From Felis catus (Eukaryota), in contig NC_058368.1 of assembly GCF_018350175.1 (NCBI RefSeq), forward strand, positions 38,256,001-38,320,000: a DNA stretch of 64,000 bases. Direction: 5' to 3'. A model generated the notes under the pieces. It saw only the letters and a list, made by a program, of their open reading frames with translations, was not told where the DNA came from and made no database searches. The position numbers and the translations under genes were made by a program. Shown one piece after another: positions 38,326 through 50,149 of the stretch; the first letter of the stretch is position 1, and the number at the start of each line of letters is the position of its first letter.

Positions 38326-39271
38326 AAGAATTGTTTTGTGGCCTAATATGTGCTCTACTGTGGAGAACGTTCAATGTGCACTTGAAATGAATGTCCATTC
38401 TGCTTTTTTTGAAAGGAGTGTTCTGTACAGATCTGCTAAATTTATCTGGTCTAATGCCTCATTCAAAGCCACTGCTTCCTTGTCTACTCTATCTGGATGA
38501 TCTATCCATTGATAAAATTGATATGTAAATATCCTCTACTGTTACTATATTACTGGCAATTTTTCCCTTGATGTCTGTTAATATTTGCTTTGTCTATTTA
38601 GGTGTGTCTATACTTGGGTGTATAGATGTTTACAATTTTTGTATCCTCTTATGGATGGTTCCCTTTATCATTATATAGTGCCCTTCTTTGTCTTTTGCTA
38701 GAGTCTTTGTTTTGAAGTTTCTTTTGTCTCATATAAGTATTGCTACCCTGGTTTGGTTTTTGTTTGTTTCTCCATTTGCATGGTATATGTTTTCCATCTC
38801 TTTCAGTCTTTGTGGGTCTTTAGATCTAAATGAGTCTTTTGTAGGCAGCGTATCAATGGATCCTTTTTTTTTTTTTTTTCCTGTTTGGACATCCTGCATT
38901 TTGATTGGAGTATTTAGTCCATTTACATTTAAAGGAATTATTGGTTGGGATGTACTTACTGCCATTTTGTTTATTGTTTTCTGGTTGTTTTGGAGTATTT
39001 CTCTGTTTTTTCTTCTCTTGCTCTCTTTTGTAGTTTGATGGGATTTTTTTAGTGTTATGCTTGGATTCCTTTCTCTAAATTTTGTGTACCTATTATAGAT
39101 TTTTGATTTGTGGTTACTATCTGGTTTATATAGAACATCTTATGCATGTAAGTGTATATTAAGTTTACAGTAGCTAAATGTTGAACACATCCTAAGAACA
39201 CTAAATTTTTATTATCCCCTCCACTTTTATATATGTGATGTCATATTTTACATCTTTTTGTGTATCCCCCA

Positions 39272-39647
39272 TTTTTTTTAATTTTAATTTATTTTTTTAA
39301 TTTACATCCAAGTTAGTTAGCATATATGCAACAATGATTTCAGGAGTAGATTCCTTGATGCCTCTTACCCATTTAGCCCACTCCCCTTCCCACAAGTCCT
39401 CCAGCAACCCTCTGTTCTTCATATTTAAGAGTTTGTTTTTGTCCCCCTCTCTGTTCGTATATTATTTTTGCTCTCCTTCCCTTGTGTTCATCTGTTTTAT
39501 ATCTTAAAGTCCTCATATGAGTGAAGTCACAGGATATTTGTTTTTCCCTAATTTTGCTTTGCATAATACCCTCCAGTTCCATCCACATAGTTGCAAATGG
39601 CAAGATTTCATCCTTTCTGATTGCTGAGTAATACTCCATTGTGTGTG

Positions 39648-39678
<31 letters not shown>

Positions 39679-40866
39679 CACATCTCACATCTTCTTTATC
39701 CATTCATTCATCGATGGGCATTTGGGTTCTTTCCATACTTTGGCTATTGTTGATAGTGCTTCTATCAACATTGGGGTGCAGGGGCACCTGGGTGGCTCAG
39801 TCGGTTGAGCGTCCGGCTTCGGCTCAGGTCATGATCTCATGGTCCGTGGGTTCAAGCCCCGCGTCGGGCTCTGTGCTGACAGCTCAGAGCCTAGAGCCTG
39901 CTTTGGATTCTGTCTCTCCCTCTCTCTGCCCCTACCCTGCTCATACTCTGTCTCTCTCTGTCTCGAAAATAAATAAAAACATTAAAAAATTTAAACATTG
40001 GGGTGCATGTGCCCCTTTGAAACAGCATACCTGTATCCCTTGGATAAATGCCTAGTAGTGCAATTTTGGGTCGTAGGGTAGTTCTATTTTTAGTTTTTTG
40101 AGGAACCTCCATACAGTTTTCCAGAGTGCCTGCACTAGCTTGCATTCCCAACAATGCAAAAGAGATCCTCTTTCTGCACATCCTCACCAACATCTGTCAT
40201 TGCCTGAGCTGTTCATTTTGGCCATTCTGACTGGCGTGAGGTGGTATCTCATTGTGGTTTTGATTTGTATTTGCCTGATGATGAGTGATGTTGAGCATTT
40301 TTTCATGTGTCTGCCAGCCATCTGGATGTCTTTGGAGAAGTGTCTGTCTTTTGCCCATTTCTTCACTGGATCATTTGTTTTTTGGGTGTTGAGTTTGATA
40401 AGTTCTTCATGGATTTTGGATACTAACCCTTTATCTGATGTGTCGTTTGCAAATATCTTCTCCCATTCCATCAGTTGCCTTTTACTTTTGCTGATTGTTT
40501 TCTTCGCTGTGCAGAAGCTTTTTATTTTGATGAGGTCCCAATAGTTCATTTTGGCTTTTGTTTTCCTTGCCTCCGGAGATGTGTTGAGTAAGAAGTTGCT
40601 GCAGCCAAGGTCAAAGAGGTTTTTGCCTGCTTTCTTCTCGAGGATTTTGATGGCTTCCTGTCTTATGTTTGGGTCTTTCATCCATTTTGAGTTGATTTTT
40701 GTGTATGGTGTGAGAAAGTGGTCCAGGTTCATTCTTCTGCATGTCGCTGTCCAGTTTTCCCAGCACCACTTGCTGAAGAGACTGTCTTGATTCCATTGAC
40801 TATTCTTTCCTGCTTTGTCAAAGATTAGTTGGCCATACGTTTGTGGGTCCATTTCTGGGTTTTCTA
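39272..40866 (-). mobile_element. Younger 5'-truncated LINE-1 (probably feliform lineage) nested in L1-A
   Basis: Open 222-aa ORF2 segment 40184..40852 ([38 protein letters not shown]); its own 3' UTR and T-tail at 39272; approximate TSD gtgtatcccccatttt (39260) / gtgtatctcctaatttt (40867). Confidence 0.94.
39781..39993 (+). mobile_element. Can-SINE nested in the younger L1
   Basis: Perfect TSD aacattggggtgca at 39767-39780 and 39994-40007. Confidence 0.97.
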
Positions 40867-41265
40867 GTGTATCTCCTAATTTTTGTAGATATTATCAATT
40901 TTACTACTTTTGTGTTTTAACCTTCAGGTTGAATTTATTTGTGATTAATCTACTACCTTTACTATATGTTTGCTGTTACCTGTGAAAATTTTTTCTTTCA
41001 GAATTTTCTTTATTCTAGTTAGGATCTTTTTGTTCCACTCAAAGAATTCCCTTTGACATTTCTTGTATTGGTTTAGTGGTGATGAACTTTCACTTTGGTT
41101 TGTCTGAGAAACTCTTCATGTCTCCTATTCTGAATAATAATCTTGTTGAGTATTGTTGCAGGTTTTTTCTTCTCAGCCACTCCCTTTTGACCTGAAAAAT
41201 CAGCTGATAGCCTTACAGCGTTTCCCCTAAATATAACTGTTTTCTTTTGCTGCTTTGTCACTACT

Positions 41266-41442
41266 TTTTTTTTTTAAGTTTGTTTATTTTGAGGGGGGGG
41301 GGGCAGAGAGAGAAGAAGAGAGAGAATCCAAAGGAGGTTTTGTGCTATTAGCACAGGGGCTCAGTCTATTGAATCATGAGATCATGACCTGAGCTGAAAT
41401 CCAGAATCAGAGGCTTAGCCAACGGAGCCACTCAGGCATTCC
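41266..41442 (-). mobile_element. Can-SINE inside L1-A ORF1
   Basis: gagagaatcc..gagatcatgacctgagctgaaatc..ggagccactcaggcattcc; flanked by tcactac-like duplicates. Confidence 0.9.
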
Positions 41443-43438
41443 ACTTCATCACTACGTTTTGAAACCATTTTAATTATGTGTCTTGCTGTGGATCTCCTCG
41501 GTTCAATATTGCTACAGGCTCTCTGTGCTTCCTTTACCTGGATGTCTGGTTCCATCCCCAGATTAGGGATCCCTTCTAGGATTTCTACAATGTGAATGTT
41601 ATTATGCTTGATGATGCTGCTGAGTACCCTTTATTCTCATTTTTATTTTTTTCCTTTTTGATCTTCATTTCATTTGCTTTCCATGACTCTGTCTTCTAGA
41701 TCTTACTACTCTATTCTTCTGCATCCTCTAATATGCTGTTGATTCTCTCTAGGCATTTTTTTTATTTCAGTTACTGAATGTTTCATCCCTGAGTGGTTCT
41801 TTTTTATATTTTCACTTTGTTGAAGTTCTCACTGACTTTTTCCACACTTCTGTCAAGTTTGTTGAGCATCTTTATGATCATTACTTTGAATTCTTTATCA
41901 GGCATATTGCTTATCTCCATTTCATTTAGCTCTTTTGATTTTATTTTGTGCTGTTCTTTCACTTGGAACATAGTTCTGTCTCCTCATTTTGTCTAACTTA
42001 CTGTGTTTCTTCAAATCGGGGAGATCAGCTATATCTTGTCTTGAAAGTTGTGCTCTAGTGTATAAGAAATACTGTGGTGTCCTCTTTCACAATCCTCCCT
42101 GGTCATCATAATCAGGTGCTCCAGAGGTGTCTCTGTGTGGGCTATGTATGCCCTACCATTGTGACTGAGCCATGTTTGCCTTCATCTCAGCCAACTGCAA
42201 TGTCCTGCTTTCCCTGCTGTAAGCATGCACACTGGGCAGGGGTTGGTCCCCACACAGTTGAGAGATCTAAGGCTACCCTGGGCTCATCAGTGGGCTCAGC
42301 CAGAAGTTAGGTTAGCTGCCTCTCTGCCACAACTGCAGGTGCACCAAAGGGCCAAGGTTTGTTCCCTGTACATATAGTCAAGAAGCTGGGCTTCTGGAAC
42401 TACAGGTGTGATGGTGTGTGGGGTTATCTCTCTCCCTTGTTGCAGAACAGGAGTCACTTTGGAGTACTAGTAGTCCATCCAGTCCCTGATGAGGATGCTT
42501 GCAGGGTATAATGGGGCAGGAGATGCTTTGGAGGGATCCTGCCAAGGCAGGTGGGTTTGATGGTACCCTTTAGATGTAGCCTCCTCTCTATGATTAACTA
42601 TGGAAGGTCTGTTCTTCCATCTTCAGGTCATATTCAGAGTGTGTAGGGGAACATGGAGGTAGGACATGAGTTTCTAGCAAGGTAGCTAAAGAGTGTTAAC
42701 ACTGTCTCCTGCATGTATCAAACTATTTAGGCTGGGAGTGAGGAATATAAATGGTGCTCACCAGCATTTTTGTACCTAGAGAAATGTCCTGGAGCTTTAT
42801 ATTCCTCTAGCACATGTTCTGAGATTAGTAAATAAACATCCTTCACATGTACCCCAGGTACTTTTCCAACTGGTGTTTCTGTCCTATCTTGGGTAGAGTT
42901 ACACTGGCTCTGAAAGGGTGGAGACTCCATTTCCTATTGCCCCCTGGCTGTCTTGGAGTTAATTCCATTGCTTTTAAAAGCTCCTGAAGGCAAGTGACAT
43001 TGGATTTCAAAGCCAGATGTCATGGGGACTTGTCTTCCCAGTGTTAGTCCCCAGTTCTGGGGCTTCCTGGTGTGTGGAGATCCTTCTGCTTCTCCATGCT
43101 TATGATGTCCTTCTCATTTGTGGTTAGTCTCACTGGAGTTTGGTCCTTACTTCACCTCCACCTCTCCTACCCTTTAGATTTAGCCTCCTCTCTATGATTA
43201 ACTATGGAAGGTCTGTTCTGCCAGTCTTCAGGTCATATTCAGAGTTAGTTGTAGCTGTTATCTTAAAGTGTCCATGAGATAAGTTGAGCTCAGTTTCCTC
43301 CTACTCTGTCATCTTCTCTGAACCCGTAAGATGCTTTTTATTTCATTTTCTTACCTGGTTGCTCTGGTTGGAACTTCCAATATTATGTTGAGTGAAAGTG
43401 GCGTCCTTGTCTTATTCTTAGAGGAAAATTTCAACTTT

Positions 43439-43664
43439 TTTTTTTTAAATTTTTTTTTCAATGTTTTTATTTATTTTTGGGACAGAGAGAGACAGAGCAT
43501 GAACGGGGGAGGGGGCAAAGAGAGAGGGAGACACAGAATCGGAAACAGGCTCCAGGCTCGGAGCCATCAGCCCAGAGCCTGACGCGGGGCTCGAACTCAC
43601 AGACCGCGAGATCGTGACCTGGCTGAAGTCGGACGCTTAACCGACTGCGCCACCCAGGCGCCCC
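43439..43664 (-). mobile_element. Very young felid Can-SINE
   Basis: Nearly all CpGs intact; perfect TSD ggaaaatttcaacttt at 43423-43438 and 43665-43680. Confidence 0.98.
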
Positions 43665-44981
43665 GGAAAATTTCAACTTTTCATGAATTAGTATAAAGTT
43701 TCCTGTAGGCTTGTAATATATGGCTTTTATGTCTTGAGGTAAATTCTGTTTATATTCACTTTGTTGAGAGTTCTTAACATAACAAACAGGTATTCATTTT
43801 TGCCAAATGAATTTTCTGCATCTGTTTAGATAATACAATTTTTATCTTTCATTTTGTTATGTGTATCATATTGATTGATTTGTGGATTTTGAACAACCCT
43901 TGCATCCCTGGAATAAATTTCATTTGATTAGGGTGTATTATACTTTTAATGTCTTTTTCAATTTGTTTTTCTATTATTTTATTACAGACTTTGGATCTAT
44001 GTTAGGGATATTGGTCTATATTTTTCTTGTAGCATTTTTGTCTAGTTTTTAATATCAGAGTCATGCTGACCTCATAAAATTTGGAAGAGTTCCCTCCTAT
44101 ATTTTGGAAGTTTGAAAAGTATTGTTATTAATTTTTCTTTAAATATTTGGTAGAATTATCCAGTGGGGCCATCTAGGCCCTTTTTTTTAGGTAGTTTTTT
44201 TTTTTTTTTTAAACTAATTTAATCTCCTTCCTAGTGATTGGTCTATTCAGATTTTCTTTCTCTTCATGACTCAGTCTTAGCAGGTTGTATATTTTTAGGA
44301 ATTTATCCATCTCTTCCAGGTTGTTTAATTTACTCTTGTACAATTAATTGTTCATAGTAGTCTGCTTGTCATTGGTATAAGCATTTATTTCTATGAACTT
44401 CTCTCATAGAACTGCCACTGTTGCATCCTATAAGTTTTGGTATGTTGTATTTCTGTTTTCATTTATCTTGGAGCTTTTTTTTTTTTTAATTTCTCTTGAT
44501 TTATTCATTGATCTATTGATCATTCAGTAGCATGCTTAATCTTCATGTATTTGTGAATTTTCCAGTTTTCTTTTTGTAACTGATTTCTAGTTTTGTGCCA
44601 TTGGGTGATTGATAAGACTTCAGTCTTTTTAAATTTAATAAGACCTGTTTTTGTGGCCTAATATATGACCTATTTTGGAGAACGTTCCATATGCTGTTAA
44701 CAGAATGTTCATTTTGTTACATTTGGATGGTATTTTCTATATATAGCTGTTAGGTCCATCTGCTCTAATGTGTTGCTCAAGGTCAATAATTCCTTAATAA
44801 GACTTTGTCGGGATTATCTACGCATTGAAGAAAGTGGGGTATTAAAGTCCCCTACTATTATTGCTAAATGTTTGCTTCATATGTTTAGGTGCTCCTAACG
44901 AGGTGCATAGTTACAAATGTTGTTTCCTCTAGTTGGATTGATCTCTTAATCATCATGCAATGACAAAGTCTATTTTGTCTA

Positions 44982-45182
44982 GGGGCACCTGGGTGGCTCA
45001 GTCAGTTAAGCATCCAACTCTTGATTTTGGCTCAGGTCATTATCTCACAATTCATGAGTTTAAGCCCCATGTTGGGCCCTGCGCTGACAGTGTGGAGTCT
45101 GCTTGGGATTCTGTCTTCTCTCTGCCCCTTCCTTGCTCATGCTTTCTCTCACTCAAAATAAATAAATAAACATTAAAAAAAT
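44982..45182 (+). mobile_element. Can-SINE
   Basis: TSD aaa(g/c)tctattttgtcta at 44965-44981 and 45183-45199. Confidence 0.95.
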
Positions 45183-46920
45183 AAACTCTATTTTGTCTAA
45201 TATAAGTAAAGTAATACCAACTCTATTTAGGTTTCTATTTTTATGGAATAGCTTTTTTCCCCCGTTGTTTATGTTTAGTCTGTGTGTCTTAAGGGAGGAC
45301 ACTTGGAGAGAGTTTTTTTGTAGGAAGCATACAGTTGGGTCTTGTTTTATCCATTTAGCCACTCTGTCTTTTGATTGGAGAATTTAGTCCATTTACACTT
45401 AATTCTTGTCTGATTATTGCCATTTTCTGGCTGCTTTGTAGTTCTTCTCTTTCCCTCTTTCTTTTGGTTTGATGAATTTTTAGTATAATTAGTTATTTGT
45501 CTTTATGTTTTGTATATCTTCTGTAATTTTTCTTTGTGTTTATCATGAGGCTTACATACAACTTTTATTATCATTATGTCTAAGCTGATAACTTTGAATG
45601 CATTCCAAAGCTCTCCATTTTTACTCCTCCTCACTGTGTTGTTTTTGATGTCATGCCACTTTTGTCTTTAACTTTCTTATTCATTTTATGAATCATTAAT
45701 TTAGCATTATAATATTAGATTATTTTGATTTACTATATATTTACTTTTACCATTGAGATCTATACTTTCATATGTTTTCCTCTTAATAATTAGCACCTTC
45801 TCTTTTATCCTTAAATAAGTCTGTTTAACATTTCTTGTAAGGCCTGGTGATAAACAACCTTAACTTTGCTTATCTGGAAAACTCTTTATCACTCCTTCAA
45901 TTCTGAAAGACAACTTTGCCATGTATTCTTGGTTAGATTTTTTTCTTTCATAGCACTCTGAATGTATCATGTCACTCTCTTTTGTTCTGCAAAGTTGCAG
46001 AAAAATTTGGTAGTCTTATAGGGCTTCCCTTGTACAAACAACTTGTTTTGCTCTTGCTGCTTTTCAGAATCTCTTCTTGCCTCTTTGACATTTTAAGTAT
46101 GTCCCTTGGTGTGGGTTTGAGTTCCTTTTACTGGAACTATGGTTTTTCTGGATCTAGATGTCTGTTTCTTTCCCCCAGGTCAGAAGGTTTTTAACCATTT
46201 TAAGTTTTCTGCCCTTTTCTGTCTCTCTTCTTCTTCTGAGATCTCTATAATTAGAATGTTGGTATACCTCATATAGTTCCAAGAGTTCCTTAATAAGCTA
46301 TCCCCATTTATTTTCTTATTCTCTGTACTGTTGTGTGAACTCCATTGTCCTGTCCTCAAGTTTACTGATCATTTCTTCAGCTTCATCTAGTCTGCTATTG
46401 AACCCCTCCAGGATACTATTCATTCCAGTTATTGTACTCTTCAGTTCTGAAACTTCTATTTGTTAAATTCTATTTTTTCTATGTCTTTGCCGAAGTTCTG
46501 TGTTCACCCATTCTTCTCCTGAGATCATTGAACATCTTTATGACTGTTATTTTGAATACTTTTTCAAGTAAATAAGTTATCTCCATTTCATGAAGGACTT
46601 TTTCTGAGAATTTTTTTTTTCCTTTCATTTGGAACACATTCCTGTTTCTTTCTTGACTCTCTATATTGGTTCTATGTAGTAGAAAAAACTTCCACATCTC
46701 TGTCTTGGGGGATGGTCTCTTCTAGGAGATGATCCTTACCATTAACCCTGCCCACATATTGATTGTCTCTCAAAACTTTGATTGTCTGAGTAGCTTAATT
46801 TTTTCTTAGTGGCTCTCATTAGTTAAAGGTATGCCAACAACTGTGAGTGCTTCAATGGGGAGGATCTTAGTGAGCATCTATATTCAAGCTGATTGGAAAC
46901 CAGACCCTCAGGTAACAGCC

Positions 46921-47118
46921 TTTCTTTTCTTTTCCTTTTTTCTTTTCTTTCTTTTTTGGTTAGTTACTTTGTTTGTTTATTTGGAGAGAAAGCACAAGCA
47001 GGAGAAGGACAGAGATGAGTGAGTGCAGGCTTCATGCTGCCAGCAGAGAATCATGAGATCATGACCTGAGCCAAAATCAAGAGTTGGATACTTAACTCAT
47101 TGAGCCACCCAGGTGCCC
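46921..47118 (-). mobile_element. Can-SINE (internally deleted)
   Basis: gagatcatgacctgagccaaaatcaagagttggatacttaac..tgagccacccaggtgccc. Confidence 0.9.
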
Positions 47119-47827
47119 TTGGGGAGAGTAATACCATGTGTTCAAACCTTTTAAGATAATTTGTCAGTTTGCTATATAGCCTTGGAAGTCTTGTGGACAT
47201 GAACCCAGTTGTTTTTCAAAGGTAGAAGTTTTAGATAATTGTCTCTCAAGCATAGGTCTTATAAGTTCAGGTTCCTGATATGGGATTTAAAACCTTCACT
47301 CCTCAGGGAGAAGCTCCAGTTTTGAGTTCCCTCCTAATTTGGAGTTGCCATGCCAGAGGTGGAGTTGATGATGATAATGTGTCTCATTTTCCCCTACCTG
47401 CTTTGAGTGGGTTTTTTTCTCATTTGCTCAATGTGTAGGAGTTGTTCAGCTAGTTTTAGATTTTTTTTCAGAGGAAATGGTTCCAAATGTAGCTGTAGAT
47501 TCCGTGCATCCATGGCAGGTGAGTTCAAAATCTTTCTATGGTGCCATCTGGAACTGGAACCTCTTGTTTTTCACCTGAAAAAAGTATTTCAATAAAGTAT
47601 TAGAGGACTAATTTTGCATGTACTCCTTTGCTACTGTTCATTTTCACACCTTTTTATTGAATTGTATGTCAAAGGTCAATTACCTGTGATAGAAGTTAGC
47701 AGATATTTCTCAGTGGCTATACCAATGAAGTCCTTTGTAGCAAATGTTAATTCCATCTACTTCCTCTTGAAATGTTCTCTGCTGCCCTTTATAAGCCATG
47801 GTGTTCTGTTCCATTTATAACAATCTT

Positions 47828-47829
47828 TT

Positions 47830-47872
<43 letters not shown>

Positions 47873-47878
47873 TTTTTT
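47828..47878. repeat. (TTTA)n microsatellite
   Basis: Read directly. Confidence 0.95.
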
Positions 47879-48767
47879 ACTCTGTCTTATTGGGAGCTGA
47901 GTAATGTAAGAGTAAAACTGGTGGCTCTATCTCTTATGATTTACATTTACTCATTTCTTCATCTGTTAAAATACTGGTTTTAATGTTGTTATTGTATCAT
48001 GAGCCTGTTGTGGGAATAGAAAAATGTAATTACTAGTCGGAACAATATTTGGCATTTAGTTACTACTCATAACTTTAGGTCTAAACATTCATACTCATAA
48101 GATTTATTATCACATCTATATCCACATCCTGATTTCTGAACTCCATGTTCACATCTGAATGTTATTCCCAGTTTCTTATTGAAGTTCCATATTTTTCTAC
48201 CACAAACTACTACTTTCCCTTAATCTATTTTCTACTTCTGCCACTTTTTACCTGGTTATAAGATCACATTGTTAACCAAATCAGAAATAGAAATGTTATT
48301 CCTGAACTCCACATCTTAACTCCCATCTATTCAGTGAGGCTGTAGTATTCTTTCCTTTCTCACCAACAACACCCAATTTAGTCTTTATTATTTCATCACC
48401 CTATGGAAGTCCTACCAGATTAATCTCACAATACAACTGTAATTTACCACTTAAAGGCTACTTTTTCCCCCCTAAAATTTCTTGTCCTGATTTTCGAGAC
48501 TTTCTATGACCTGGCCCTGATTAACATTTCCACTCTTATATCCTATAACTCCCTTGATTATTACTAACCAAACCTATAATTCTTCCTTGCAAACATCTTG
48601 AGTTTCCCAATCTTTGCCACTTTCTTTCATAAATTGTCTCTGGGAATATTTCCCCATGGATTTGTTATCCTCACCCAACAAAAATCCCACACACCCTACA
48701 TGTTTATACTTCAGTTTTTGAATTATTGCATGAAAATCGAATTACGTATTCTAAAATGATCTATTGT

Positions 48768-48920
48768 TGGGGCTCAATCAGTTAAGCTCAGTTAAGCATC
48801 CAGCTCTTGATTCGGTTCAGGTCATGATCCCAGGGTCATGGGATATAGCCCGGCATTGGACTCTCCACTGAGCATGAAGCCTGCTTCAGATTCTCGCTCT
48901 CCCTCTATAAAATAAAATAA
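48768..48920 (+). mobile_element. Can-SINE (older, short)
   Basis: TSD-like aaaatgatctat on both sides; internal duplication of tcagttaagc. Confidence 0.88.
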
Positions 48921-49059
48921 AAATGATCTATCATTTAACTCCCAAAAACATTTCATTTCTAACCAAATTTAATCTGTCTCAATGTCATTTTTGTACCTAT
49001 TCTCACTCTACTAGAGAAACCCATGTATTATTTTCAACAAGAAAGAATTGTTTGGAAAC

Positions 49060-49280
49060 AGTAGTAAAGGAAGTTGTAGTAAGTAGAAAGAACACCTGAA
49101 TTTGAATTCCTGATTCAGTCACTTACTAGTAGTGTGATCTAATGCAAGTCACTATATGTTTCTGAATCTGATTCTCCATAGAAATAGGAATAAAAATTTT
49201 AACTTCTGCTGTAGTAACAATATGATATTCATTACTTGTTAGCACAATGACTAGTATTCTGTAAGGCTGAACGAGTGATT
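49060..49280 (+). mobile_element. MIR SINE
   Basis: acctgaatttgaattcctgattcagtcacttactagtagtgtgatctaatgcaagtcact is a MIR core. Confidence 0.7.
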
Positions 49281-50149
49281 TATAGAATAATAAGCACAGA
49301 AACTTAGTTTATTAGTTCCAAGCTGCATAGAAGGAAATCTAAATCTATAAGACATGTGAATCAAAATCGAGCCTATTGCTTTAGGAGAGGAGGCTTGTAT
49401 GCACTGTTTCATTTCTGGTATTTGAGTTCATTTTACACCATGGTCCAGCCTCAGCCAACAGTAGAAACAAGTAAAAAGTGATTAGTAGAGTACACAATCT
49501 AGGTAGTTCCTGATGACTTAACAGTGACACCATCTCTTACTAGGTTGGGATATAATATTTTTTTACCTACATTTTATGTCCAATCACTGAATATATTTAA
49601 TGATAGCCACCTTCCCTATTATTATCAATCCACATTATAATGGTGTTCACACAGAAAATTGAACATTTCACCAAATATTGTCTATCCAGCAATTCAGGTG
49701 GCCCACCATCATACCTGTTAGCAACAATTTCTAGCTCTGCCACTTGGTGTGGTAACATAGTAAACACCACGGGACAAAGAACACGCTTATTTATTTATGT
49801 GAGCACTACAAAACAGTACATAAATCAAGTCATTTTTCTCAGTACACTTAGAGTTTAGAAATCTCATTAACTAGGCAATGTGAAGAAGAGGAAGAACAGC
49901 TGAAAGAAACTGAGGATTCATTTTCTCATCCAATTATGTTGTTGGTAAATCCCCAGCACTAATCCTCTGATTGCCTGACTGAAGTTTCAATTTTATCATC
50001 TCTCTCTCACACACACACCCCTCATCTCCCACTGATATTCCCACCCCCAGTCCTTCCACTAGAAGCCAGCAACTATGAAGTTTGCTTCTCCCATTCTGAC
50101 ATCGGGAAACATCTAATAGCTTGACTATTGTCTCATATCATTCTCTATG

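Larger units (their letters stand above)
34960..43325 (-). mobile_element. Near full-length degraded LINE-1 (L1-A), interrupted by a younger L1 and SINEs
   Basis: 3' UTR at ~35.0 kb; ORF2 remnants KAIYSFNAILIKIP and [27 protein letters not shown]; endonuclease N-terminus IIPLNVNGLNTPIK (ORF starting 38965); ORF1 motif AVRLSADFS at ~41.2 kb; 5' UTR ending cctcctactctgtcatcttc near 43320. Confidence 0.92.
43327..47563 (-). mobile_element. Older LINE-1 5' half (L1-B: mid-ORF2, ORF1, 5' UTR), no adjacent 3' end
   Basis: Endonuclease remnant KWIKQDPTVCFLQ (ORF 45153..45362); ORF1 remnant FKITVIKMFNDLRRRMGEH; 5' terminus gtgccatctggaactggaac near 47560, similar to the L1-C 5' end. Confidence 0.88.

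Noticed and set aside
40184..40852. 222-aa ORF as a possible host gene or active L1
   Set aside because: It is the C-terminal part of L1 ORF2p in a 5'-truncated copy lacking promoter, ORF1, endonuclease and RT core.
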